Assembly: GCA_043815185.1 (NCBI GenBank)
Contig: JBDRJF010000026.1
Span: forward strand, 773 to 64,772
Length of the DNA stretch: 64,000 bases
Reading direction: 5' to 3'
Source of the DNA: Candidatus Omnitrophota bacterium
GTDB taxonomy: Bacteria; Omnitrophota; Gorgyraeia; Duberdicusellales; 4484-171
In this document: piece after piece, positions 30,500-39,008 of the stretch
Position numbering within the stretch: position 1 is the stretch's first letter
Layout of the letters: every line of letters begins with the position of its first letter
Position numbers and translations under genes: made by a program
The notes under the pieces: generated by a model
What the model was told of the DNA's origin: nothing
What the model saw: the letters and a program-made list of their open reading frames with translations, nothing else
Database searches by the model: none

Positions 30500-30954
30500 A
30501 GTATCTTAAGAATTTAATCGGAATAGCCACGGTTATTTTACTGGCCCTAGCTATAATTAACTTTCATAAAACAGAGAAGTTAAGTTTTGTAAGATCAAAG
30601 ATTGGTATCTTGCGGGAATTTATCAAAGGAAAGGTAGAATTTTTTAAACAAGACGTCTCTTTTTCCTTTAATCCCCAAAGGAAACGCCCTTTGAGCTTTA
30701 TCAACAGAGAAAGTGAACTTATCCATTTAGCTAAAGATGTATTTGGCCAATTCACCCCGCCTCAATGGGAAAAATTCTGGAATTTAATTTATGACCCTAT
30801 TGAAGAAAAACAAGGGTCTTCGAAAGTTAAGCGCTACCGCACCCAGGAAGAGATACAAGCCTATCTTAGATACAATTATTCCAACCCTTTTTCTTATTTT
30901 AAAAAGGAGCACTGGAATTATTTTTGGAGTATTGTCTTTAAGGAAAAAATATGA
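30496..30954 (+). CDS. Hypothetical membrane-anchored protein
   Basis: Single N-terminal TM helix. 4-nt overlaps with both leuA and aroE suggest it is translated. Confidence 0.5.
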   Translation: MKYLKNLIGIATVILLALAIINFHKTEKLSFVRSKIGILREFIKGKVEFFKQDVSFSFNPQRKRPLSFINRESELIHLAKDVFGQFTPPQWEKFWNLIYDPIEEKQGSSKVKRYRTQEEIQAYLRYNYSNPFSYFKKEHWNYFWSIVFKEKI

Positions 30955-31817
30955 GTTCTTCTAAAATATACGGTTTGCTTGGTTATCCTTTGGAACATTC
31001 TTTCTCCCCCCGGATGCATAATAATGTTTTCAGAAAATTAAATATGCCTGGCGAATACCAGCTATTTCAAAAGCAACCGGAGGAACTTAAGTCTTTTTTG
31101 GAGAGTTTAGAAGAGGAGAATATCTGGGGATTAAACGTTACTGTTCCTTATAAAGAAAAAGTTTTGGATTTAAATATCATCGAGATGGATAATACATCTC
31201 TTTACGCCAAGGAGATAAGAGTTGTGAATACCATCGTGAGAAAAGACGGAAGATTAAAAGGATATAATACCGATGTGGCCGGATTCTTGAGGCATTTAAA
31301 CAAAGTAGGTTTTACACCGCTTAAGAAGCGGATAGCCTTATTGGGTGCCGGAGGAGCTGGAAAGGCCGTAGCTTACTCTCTAGCCAAGAAAGGTGCAGGC
31401 GAGATAGCCATTTTTGACCTTGACCGGGATAAGTCAGAGAGTGTTTCTAAGCTGCTGGAAAAAATTTTCCCGAATCTTAGTGTATCAATAGTGGATACGG
31501 TCGAAGGATTAGATATCAGCCATAAAGACTTGCTGGTAAATGCAACTCCCGTAGGCTTAAAAGGTGATGATCCTTGCCTGGTAGATGAGAGTATGCTGCA
31601 CGAAGATTTATTTGTTTATGACCTTATCTATAATCCGGCTTCAACTAAGTTATTGTCACTGGCCAAAGCTAAAGGTTTGCAGCATTCTAATGGCTTGGGG
31701 ATGTTAGTTTATCAAGGAGCTTTTTCTTTTATTTATTTCACAGAAACTAAAGTACCTTATACTAAAATAGTAGCAACAATGTGGGAAGCAATCGAAGACA
31801 GGTTTACAAAGAGATGA
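30951..31817 (+). CDS. aroE: Shikimate dehydrogenase
   Basis: GYPLEHSFSP, NVTVPYK and GAGGAGKA motifs. Confidence 0.9.
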   Translation: MSSSKIYGLLGYPLEHSFSPRMHNNVFRKLNMPGEYQLFQKQPEELKSFLESLEEENIWGLNVTVPYKEKVLDLNIIEMDNTSLYAKEIRVVNTIVRKDGRLKGYNTDVAGFLRHLNKVGFTPLKKRIALLGAGGAGKAVAYSLAKKGAGEIAIFDLDRDKSESVSKLLEKIFPNLSVSIVDTVEGLDISHKDLLVNATPVGLKGDDPCLVDESMLHEDLFVYDLIYNPASTKLLSLAKAKGLQHSNGLGMLVYQGAFSFIYFTETKVPYTKIVATMWEAIEDRFTKR

Positions 31818-32635
31818 TTACGAAGATATCGATGTTTATTTTTGGTAGTTGCCTGGGTAGTTTTTTAAATGTCTGTATTCATCGCTTACCCCAAGAAAAA
31901 TCGATTATTACTCCCGGCTCTTTTTGTCCCCAGTGTAAAACTCCGGTTAAATGGCATGACAATATTCCTTTAATTAGCTATCTTCTTTTAGCCGGCCGCT
32001 GCCGCAGTTGTCAGAAAAAAATACCCTTGAGATACTTTTTAGTCGAGTTTATCAGCGGCGCATTCTTTTTGGCCCTTTATCTAAATTTAGGTTTTGGCCT
32101 GGAACTATTAAAATATATATTTCTTTTCGCTCTATTAGTAGTAGTTTCTTTTATTGATATTGATTACCATGCTATTCCTGTGCAGCTATGTTTTTTAGGA
32201 ATCGTCGCCGGCCTGCTGGTTAGCCTTTGGCCTACCTTGCAGCTGCTTAAAACAGGAGTCTTTGACTTAGAAGCATTGCCTCTTTATGCGGCGTTTAAAG
32301 GGCTGCTTTTTGGCTTTGGTTTTACTTATCTTTTTAAGTTTTTTGGTGATATCTTTATTGATTTGTATCTTAAGCTGCGGAGAAAAGAATCAATCGAAGG
32401 AGAGCGGGAATCTTTGGGTTTAGGTGATGTGGATTTTATGGGAATGATCGGTGTATTTTTAGGCATAAAAGCGGTAGTCCTGGTGTTTTTTATCGCGCCT
32501 TTTATAGCCTTATTCTACTCGATCTTTGCCCTGATCTTTAAAAGATCACACTTGATACCTTATTTACCCTATTTGTCCTTAGCTACTGTGGTTGTATTTT
32601 TCTGGGAAAACAGAATAGTGAGTTTTATATTTTGA
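31814..32635 (+). CDS. pilD: Prepilin peptidase (A24 family, PilD-like)
   Basis: CPQC...CRSC zinc motif, multiple TM helices, GLGDVDFMG catalytic motif. The ATG at 31814 forms an ATGA overlap with the aroE stop. Confidence 0.85.
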   Translation: MITKISMFIFGSCLGSFLNVCIHRLPQEKSIITPGSFCPQCKTPVKWHDNIPLISYLLLAGRCRSCQKKIPLRYFLVEFISGAFFLALYLNLGFGLELLKYIFLFALLVVVSFIDIDYHAIPVQLCFLGIVAGLLVSLWPTLQLLKTGVFDLEALPLYAAFKGLLFGFGFTYLFKFFGDIFIDLYLKLRRKESIEGERESLGLGDVDFMGMIGVFLGIKAVVLVFFIAPFIALFYSIFALIFKRSHLIPYLPYLSLATVVVFFWENRIVSFIF

Positions 32636-32742
32636 AAATATGTCCCGCCTCGCTATATAGTAGGTAAATTCTCTACGATAATTTACCTACACTCGGCGGG
32701 ATTCAATTCTCCGCCTAAGGCGGATCATTGAGGAGGTTAAAA

Positions 32743-33891
32743 ATGCGAATTTTAACTGCTGGTGAATCCCATGGGGAGTATATTGTAGCGATTCTGGAAG
32801 GATTTCCCAAAGGAGTAAAGGTTGACCTGAAATTCATCAATGAGGAATTAAAAAAACGGGCCTCTGGTGAAGGAAGAGGGAAACGGATGTCGATAGAGCA
32901 GGATACAGTTAATATTGTATCCGGTCTGCGCAATAAAATAACTTTAGGCAGCCCGATAGCTATGCTGGTCAAAAATAAAGATGCCAAGATATTTACTCAA
33001 GCCAAAGATCGCTTACCTTGTCTTTCTGTGCCGAGGCCTTCGCATGCTGATTTAGCCGGGGCCTTAAAGTATCAAGAAACAGATATCAGGAATATTCTCG
33101 AAAGAGCTTCAGCCCGGGAGACAGTAGCCAGAGTCGCTGCCGGCGCTATCTGTAAACAATTTCTTTTAAATTTTGGAGTAAAGATTGCCAGCTTCACTCT
33201 CAGCCTGGGAGGTATTTCTGCTCAGAAGGCCCCGAGAAGCATAGATGAGATTATTAATAAAGTTAAAGGGTCAAAATTAAATTGTCTCGATCAGAATAAA
33301 GAGCAGGCGATGATTAAGGAGATTGTTGAAGCAAAAGAGGCCGGGGACAGTTTAGGAGGGGTAGTTGAACTTTGGGTAGAAGGTACGCCTGCAGGACTAG
33401 GGAGTTTCATGCATTTTGACCGCCGCTTGGATGCCAAGCTTAGCGCTTATTTAATGGGTATTCCTGCGGTTAAAGGGGTTGAGATAGGTTTAGGTTTTGA
33501 CTACGCAAAAGAAAGGGGGTCTCTTACTCACGATGCGATATATTACACGGCCAATAAAGGTTTTACCAGAAAGACCAATAATTCCGGCGGCATCGAGGGG
33601 GGTATTTCGACAGGATTGCCAATTATCTTAAGACTGGCTATGAAACCGATTGCTACTTTGGCTAAACCCCTTGATTCAGTAAATATTGTTACCAAGAAAG
33701 CTCAAAAAGCGCCGGTTGTGCGTTCAGATGTTTGCGCGATAGTTGCTTGCGGCCTTATCGCTGAAAGTATGTCAGCAATTGCCATAACTGAGAGTTTTTT
33801 GGATAAATTTGGGTCTGATAGTTTAGGAGAGATAATTTCTAATTATCGTAATTACCGCAAGTCACTTAAATCTTTCACTAAAGCTAAATGA
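32743..33891 (+). CDS. aroC: Chorismate synthase
   Basis: MRILTAGESHG start preceded by AGGAGG. RPSHAD and SARET motifs. The track's TTG at 32728 overlaps the RBS. Confidence 0.95.
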   Translation: MRILTAGESHGEYIVAILEGFPKGVKVDLKFINEELKKRASGEGRGKRMSIEQDTVNIVSGLRNKITLGSPIAMLVKNKDAKIFTQAKDRLPCLSVPRPSHADLAGALKYQETDIRNILERASARETVARVAAGAICKQFLLNFGVKIASFTLSLGGISAQKAPRSIDEIINKVKGSKLNCLDQNKEQAMIKEIVEAKEAGDSLGGVVELWVEGTPAGLGSFMHFDRRLDAKLSAYLMGIPAVKGVEIGLGFDYAKERGSLTHDAIYYTANKGFTRKTNNSGGIEGGISTGLPIILRLAMKPIATLAKPLDSVNIVTKKAQKAPVVRSDVCAIVACGLIAESMSAIAITESFLDKFGSDSLGEIISNYRNYRKSLKSFTKAK

Positions 33892-33924
33892 AGTTTATCA
33901 GCTTTTGATCAGTCAATAAGGCCC

Positions 33925-33965
33925 GGTTTAGCCTGCCTGCCGGCAGGCAGGGATTCGCCTAAACC
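33925..33965. repeat. GC-rich composite palindrome / long stem-loop
   Basis: GGTTTAG-CCTGCCTGCC|GGCAGGCAGG-gattcgc-CTAAACC. The inner 20 nt form a perfect palindrome with outer 7-bp arms. No T-run follows. Confidence 0.6.
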
Positions 33966-33988
33966 GAATCAGCTCAAAAGGAGGATCT

Positions 33989-34144
33989 ATGTTTGACCTA
34001 GGCAAATTAGGGGATTTGTCAAAAATGGCTAGCCAGGCCAAACAGCTCCAGGAAAAGCAGGAGCGTTCCCAACGCGAGCAGATGGGTATTCTACTGAAGA
34101 TATCCCAACAACTCGAAGAAATATTAACTTTACTTAAAAAGTAA
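33989..34144 (+). CDS. Small ORF (51 aa) with a YbaB/EbfC-like N-terminus
   Basis: RBS AAAGGAGG lies 6 nt upstream. MFDLGKLGDLSKMASQAKQLQEKQ resembles the YbaB N-terminus, but the DNA-binding body is absent. Not in the supplied ORF track. Confidence 0.35.
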   Translation: MFDLGKLGDLSKMASQAKQLQEKQERSQREQMGILLKISQQLEEILTLLKK

Positions 34145-34218
34145 TCCGGTTTGAGATGAAACGATTAATAGGTTTGCTGTCTTCAATGAAACAAATTTAT
34201 CTAAAACGAAACTAGTAA

Positions 34219-34494
34219 ATGGCAGAAAAAGTAGCACTTATCGCAGCAATTATCCTACCTTTCTGGAATATACCGTTGATCCTGAGAATAATAAAACGGA
34301 AATCATCCCGGGATATTAGTATCTATTGGGCGGTAGGTGTCTGGCTATGTTTTGTCTTGATGGCCCCGGCTGGTTTTGTGTCTGAAGATTTAGTTTGGCG
34401 GACATTTAACATTATAAATTTTGTTCTTTTTACTTTGGTGTTTATCATTGTATTAGTTTACAGAAGAGAAAGAGTAAAGACTGAGGTAGAATGA
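34219..34494 (+). CDS. Small 3-TM membrane protein (PQ-loop / SemiSWEET-like candidate)
   Basis: 91 aa with three TM helices and a basic loop (RIIKRKSSRDIS) after TM1, as in PQ-loop proteins. Assignment is tentative. Confidence 0.45.
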   Translation: MAEKVALIAAIILPFWNIPLILRIIKRKSSRDISIYWAVGVWLCFVLMAPAGFVSEDLVWRTFNIINFVLFTLVFIIVLVYRRERVKTEVE

Positions 34495-34928
34495 AGAAAT
34501 TAATTTTTCTTTTTCTTTTTTTTTCTCTGGGTTGCTCGCCGCTGGAATTAAGCCGCCTCTTCGGTGCCGGAACCAAACCGTTTAAACAACAAGGTAAGGT
34601 GTACAGCAAAGTTTTTGATCAAGACCTTTCTGCCTGTTATGAACAAATTATCAGCCAACTGAAAGAAATGGAGACTAACTTTTACCGGGGTAGCCAGAAA
34701 GAAGGTTTTATCGTGGTTTATAATTTTAGTAGCGTTTTTGCACAATCTGCCGAAGCAACTGAGGTGGCAATATTTTTTAGTAAATTAGATCAGCTGAAAA
34801 CCCAGGTAGAAGTAGCATCGCTTAATTACTTACTTGCTGAGTTTGCGGCATCAGCGATTTTTGACCGCCTGGAAGGAAAAATATCCCCTAATCTTGAGCT
34901 GGAAGGAGAGCCAAGTCTTAAGCAATAA
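34491..34928 (+). CDS. Hypothetical lipoprotein
   Basis: Signal peptide with lipobox FFSLGC. 4-nt overlap with the upstream gene. Confidence 0.5.
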   Translation: MKKLIFLFLFFSLGCSPLELSRLFGAGTKPFKQQGKVYSKVFDQDLSACYEQIISQLKEMETNFYRGSQKEGFIVVYNFSSVFAQSAEATEVAIFFSKLDQLKTQVEVASLNYLLAEFAASAIFDRLEGKISPNLELEGEPSLKQ

Positions 34929-34945
34929 GCAAAATTATTGACATC

Positions 34946-36067
34946 ATGGAGAAAGTAGAGATTACTATCGTCGGTGCAGGAATCATTGGATTAGCCGTAG
35001 CCAGAGAGCTTTCAAAAGACTGTAAAGATATTTTAGTAGTTGAAAAAAATCCTTCCTTTGGCCAGGAGACAAGTTCACGCAATAGCGAAGTAATCCACGC
35101 TGGAATTTATTACCCCGAAAATTCTCTTAAAGCAAAGACCTGTCTTGAGGGTAAAGAATTGATCTATGCCTATTGTCAGAAAAATAATATCGGGTATAAA
35201 AAAACCGGAAAACTTATTGTCACAACTAGCAGCAGGAAACAAACTGAGTTAGAAAAACTTTTTCAGAATGGTTTAGCCAATGGCCTAAGGGACTTAAAAA
35301 TCCTTTCCCGAGCCCAGGTAAAGAAAATTGAGCCCCGGATAAAAGCAGAGTCAGCCATATTCTCGCCTTCTACCGGCATTATAGATTCCCACGCTTTACT
35401 CAAGCAGCTGCTTTCAGAGTTTAAAGAACGGAGCGGTGAAATAGTTTATAATACGGAATTAGTAGCTGTAGATAAAATTAGTGATGGCTTTGAGCTTTCG
35501 GTGGAGGATAAGCAAGAGGGATTATTTAGCTTATCGACCCGAATTTTTATTAATGCCGCTGGCTTAAATTCCCACAAAGTAGCCGCAATGGCGGGTATTA
35601 AACGAGAAGAATACAAAATAAAATACTCCAAAGGCGATTACTTCCGGGTTCATAATAATAAAGCAAAATTGATTAATAGATTAATCTATCCGCTTCCCAA
35701 GCAAGAGGGTTCAGGGCTGGGGATACATGCTACTTTAGACTTAGCTGGAGGCTTGCGTCTGGGGCCTGACGATGAGTATATCGATGAGATCAATTATGAT
35801 ATTGATCAATCGAAAAACAAGGCTTTTTATGAAGATGTTAAAGCGATGCTGCCCTTTATTAACTTGGAAGATTTAGGTCCGGACACATCAGGAATAAGAC
35901 CTAAACTCCAGGGGCCGGGAGAAAGTTTTAGAGATTTCTTAATCAAGGACGAAACCGATAATGGCTCCCCCGGCTTAATAAACCTTGTTGGGATTGAGTC
36001 ACCGGGCTTAACCAGCTCTCTGGCTATCGCTAAAATGGTGGGGGCTATAGTCAAAATAAGCTTGTAA
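34946..36067 (+). CDS. FAD-dependent oxidoreductase (DAO family, L-2-hydroxyglutarate oxidase-like)
   Basis: IVGAGIIGLAVAREL dinucleotide-binding motif and a DAO-like body of 373 aa. Confidence 0.8.
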   Translation: MEKVEITIVGAGIIGLAVARELSKDCKDILVVEKNPSFGQETSSRNSEVIHAGIYYPENSLKAKTCLEGKELIYAYCQKNNIGYKKTGKLIVTTSSRKQTELEKLFQNGLANGLRDLKILSRAQVKKIEPRIKAESAIFSPSTGIIDSHALLKQLLSEFKERSGEIVYNTELVAVDKISDGFELSVEDKQEGLFSLSTRIFINAAGLNSHKVAAMAGIKREEYKIKYSKGDYFRVHNNKAKLINRLIYPLPKQEGSGLGIHATLDLAGGLRLGPDDEYIDEINYDIDQSKNKAFYEDVKAMLPFINLEDLGPDTSGIRPKLQGPGESFRDFLIKDETDNGSPGLINLVGIESPGLTSSLAIAKMVGAIVKISL

Positions 36068-36167
36068 ATATTGGAAAATTCATCTTAAAAAAATATTGTC
36101 ATCTTTGGTTTCTATGCTATAATTTTCTTCTGTTTGCCAGTTGCTTTACGCTGGTAGATATTTAATT

Positions 36168-36243
36168 GCCGAGGTAGCTCAGGCGGTAGAGCGAGGGACT
36201 GAAAATCCCTGCGTCAGGGGTTCAACTCCCTTCCTCGGCACCA
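36168..36243 (+). tRNA. tRNA-Phe (GAA), CCA encoded
   Basis: Manual cloverleaf: acceptor GCCGAGG/CCTCGGC, D arm GCTC-AGGCGGTA-GAGC, anticodon arm AGGGA-CTGAAAA-TCCCT, T arm AGGGG-TTCAACT-CCCTT. Confidence 0.95.
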
Positions 36244-36372
36244 TCGTCTTTTTGATAAAAGTTTGTTCTATGAGCCGAGGTTCATCTAAATGTGTAAAGA
36301 AACGACGGTTGAGGCTAAGCCTCAACCGGCTCCACCTTCGGCGGAGATTGGATACAACTCCCTTCCTCGGCA
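36244..36372 (+). repeat. tRNA-Phe-linked element: diverged left part, 45-nt double-hairpin module, second copy of the tRNA-Phe 3' end
   Basis: 36306-36350 is 43/45 identical to 51011-51055. 36355-36372 is an exact 18-nt copy of tRNA-Phe 36223-36240. 36274-36281 (GCCGAGGT) repeats the tRNA 5' acceptor strand. Confidence 0.65.
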
Positions 36373-36442
36373 TATTATGAATACTGTGTGGTCATAAAAG
36401 AAGGCCTATTTGTTTTATAGACATATATATACTTTTCGAACA

Positions 36443-36499
36443 GCGAGGGAATGATTAAGAAGAAAGCTTTGCCTTCGGCAAAGAATCGTTACCTCGGCA
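36443..36499 (+). repeat. Degenerate third unit: single CCTTCGG hairpin followed by CCTCGGCA
   Basis: Hairpin CTTTGCCTTCGGCAAAG (36467-36483), then CCTCGGCA (36492-36499). GCGAGG at 36443 can pair with CCTCG. Confidence 0.35.
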
Positions 36500-36532
36500 C
36501 TTTTATTAATTGATAATTTGTGAGTTCTATAA

Positions 36533-37996
36533 GTGAAGAAAGTAATTACACTTCTTGCCTTTTTTCTGCTCATCCCTTTTTATAATAGCTTTCCTCTTTT
36601 CCAGCAAATCCCAGGATTAGAAAGTGGCTATATCAAAAGGGTAGTGGTGTCACCTTTTAACCCCGAGGTTATTGGTGTTGCTTCCAGGAATTCCTTATAT
36701 AAGAGTCAAGATGGGATTAGGATTTTTAAAAGAGTAGCTGTATTTAAGGATGAGGAAATCCAGCATATTTTCTTCGATTCAGTAGTAGCTGATACTCTCT
36801 ATATTGTTACCAGCCGGCATCTTTACAGATTCAAGGATAGGCTGGAAGAGTTGTTTTCTTCTTCCGATGATCAGACAGTCTTTACTGCTGCAAAACATAA
36901 GGGAGTACTTTATCTGGGAACAAGCAAGGGGCTTAGGTCTGCTGATGAGAGTAGTTTAATTTGGCAAAGGGTGAAAGCTTTAGATGATATTTCGATTTAT
37001 TTCCTGGATACATCTGAGGAAACTCTTTATCTTGCCACCGAAAGCGGCGCCTACCTTCTTAACGGTGATAGAGGCATTGAGAGGCTGTTTGTGATGCGAA
37101 AAGAGGAGGAAAGCGGCGAAGAGGGTTTAGCTGCACAGATTATTAAGGTTGATATTTTCAACGAAGATCACCTTTGGTTAGGGACAAATCAAGGTTTGTT
37201 TGTTTCTGAAGATAAGGGTATTAATTGGCGCAAGCTTTATATAGCGGGTATAGACAATCTTTCTATTAACTGTATCGCTCAGACTAAGTTACAGGCTGAG
37301 ACTATTTATTTAGGTACATCTAAAGGATTTTTTGTGGTTGATCTGAAGAGAAATAGCTCAAAACAGCTTTTCGAAGGGCTATATTCTTCTTACATTTATT
37401 GGGCCGAGTTTACTCCCCAAGGCAAAATTTACCTGGCAACTTCTAAAGGGTTGTTCGAAAATAAGTATTTTACCTCTAACCATTTTCAGGATAATCTGGA
37501 AATAGTTTTAGAAGGAGAACCCAGCGCCGAAGAGATTCAAGAGACAGCTTTGTACTATAATGAAGTTCATCCGGATAAGATAAGGCAGTGGAAGCAAGGT
37601 TTAAAGTATCGGGCATTATTTCCTGAAGTAAGTTTGGATTTTGATAAAACAGTTACTACAGCTTTAGGGGCTACTTATGATCGAGTGCAGATTGGCCCTC
37701 AGGATTGGGGAGTTAATCTTAAGTGGAATGTCGGCGATTTACTTTGGAACTCTTACCAAGACGATGTAGACACCAGAGCTCGTCTCAATACCCAGCTGCG
37801 GCTGGATATCCTTGATGAAATAAACCGGGTTTATTTCGAAAGGCTGCGTTTGAAAAGGGAGATTGATACCAGTAACTTATCCGTGGATGACCTGTTCAAG
37901 AAGAAGCTAAGGTTGGCAGAGTTAACAGCGATTATTGATGGTTATACCGGTGGATATCTCTCTCAACAGACGAGGAAACAGAGTGAAGCAAGATAG
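36533..37996 (+). CDS. Secreted repeat protein (beta-propeller-like N-half, unknown C-half)
   Basis: GTG start with a signal-like N-terminus. Recurrent LYLGTSKGL / LWLGTNQGLF / IYLGTSKGFF / IYLATSKGLF blades. Confidence 0.5.
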   Translation: MKKVITLLAFFLLIPFYNSFPLFQQIPGLESGYIKRVVVSPFNPEVIGVASRNSLYKSQDGIRIFKRVAVFKDEEIQHIFFDSVVADTLYIVTSRHLYRFKDRLEELFSSSDDQTVFTAAKHKGVLYLGTSKGLRSADESSLIWQRVKALDDISIYFLDTSEETLYLATESGAYLLNGDRGIERLFVMRKEEESGEEGLAAQIIKVDIFNEDHLWLGTNQGLFVSEDKGINWRKLYIAGIDNLSINCIAQTKLQAETIYLGTSKGFFVVDLKRNSSKQLFEGLYSSYIYWAEFTPQGKIYLATSKGLFENKYFTSNHFQDNLEIVLEGEPSAEEIQETALYYNEVHPDKIRQWKQGLKYRALFPEVSLDFDKTVTTALGATYDRVQIGPQDWGVNLKWNVGDLLWNSYQDDVDTRARLNTQLRLDILDEINRVYFERLRLKREIDTSNLSVDDLFKKKLRLAELTAIIDGYTGGYLSQQTRKQSEAR

Positions 37997-39008
37997 GCCT
38001 TTAGTTTTAATCCTTTGTGGCGGGAAATCCCTGCGTCTCTGGCCATTATCCGAGAAGATAAGTAAAAATTTTTTGGATATTTTTGGATTTTCTCCCTTAG
38101 AGTTGACTATAAAAAGATTTTTAAAGGTTACAACTGCTAACAATATATTTTTAGTTGCCAACAGGAACGAGAAAACAGCCCTATTGAAGCTTAAATCTAT
38201 ACCTAAGAAGAATATTTTCTTTGAACCGGCTAGCAGAAATACCGCAGCAGCAATCCTTTTGTCTCTTCTGAACCTTAATAAATATTCCCAGAGAAACTTG
38301 ATTATTTCACCGGTAGATACTCTGATCAAGAGGAAAGCAGAGTTTTACCGGACATTAACTAAATCCTTAGTAGCGGCTAATGAGGGCTTTATCTGCACTT
38401 TAGGCATAAAGCCTTGCTCAGCGACACCAAATCTGGGATATATTCAGGTCAAGAAGCCGGCTAAAGGAGGTATTTTTTCGGTTAAACGTTTTATCGAGAA
38501 GCCAGGGGTAGCTTATGCTAAGAAGCTTATCGCTTCAGGAAATTGTTTTTATAATAGCGGGATGTTTGTGGCTTCGATCTCTACGCTTATTAATCAGTAT
38601 AAGCGGTATTATCCTGACTATACCTATTTTGCCAGAAACTTCTCTGGAAAGAAAATATCCACACTCTACAGGAAAATACCCAATCTCCCCTTTGATAAAG
38701 CCATAATGGAGAAGACCAAAAAGGCGAAGCTGGTTAAAGGAAGTTTTTTCTGGACTGATTTTGGTTCCTGGCAGGCTATTTATGAAGTTTTAGCTAAAGA
38801 TAAAAAAGGTAATGTAACCAAAGGCAATTCCTTTATCCACGAGGGCAAGAATAATCTGATCTTTTTAGGAAACTTAAAGAAAAAAGCTTTAGTTTTAGGC
38901 CTAAAAGATACATTCTTCATCGATACAGAAAATTTTACCCTCCTGGCTACTCGTACCCAGCTTGACAATCTTAAGCGGGCCTTAGGAAAATTTAAACGAT
39001 GCCGATAA
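37983..39008 (+). CDS. Sugar-phosphate nucleotidyltransferase (mannose-1-phosphate guanylyltransferase-like)
   Basis: LILCGGKSLRLWPLS signature. The GTG at 37983 is preferred; the track start at 37935 is also possible. Confidence 0.75.
   Translation: MKQDRPLVLILCGGKSLRLWPLSEKISKNFLDIFGFSPLELTIKRFLKVTTANNIFLVANRNEKTALLKLKSIPKKNIFFEPASRNTAAAILLSLLNLNKYSQRNLIISPVDTLIKRKAEFYRTLTKSLVAANEGFICTLGIKPCSATPNLGYIQVKKPAKGGIFSVKRFIEKPGVAYAKKLIASGNCFYNSGMFVASISTLINQYKRYYPDYTYFARNFSGKKISTLYRKIPNLPFDKAIMEKTKKAKLVKGSFFWTDFGSWQAIYEVLAKDKKGNVTKGNSFIHEGKNNLIFLGNLKKKALVLGLKDTFFIDTENFTLLATRTQLDNLKRALGKFKRCR

Noticed and set aside
36141-36380. ORFs of 79 aa (+) and 64 aa (-) in the supplied track
   Set aside because: They run straight through tRNA-Phe and the hairpin element. 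The Arg-rich translations come from reading structured-RNA sequence.
36168-36532. Intact prophage or genomic island at the tRNA-Phe / tRNA-Tyr att-like duplications
   Set aside because: No integrase, excisionase or phage genes lie between or next to the duplicated tRNA ends. The intervening DNA is only ~110-130 nt, so only scars or mini-elements can be claimed.
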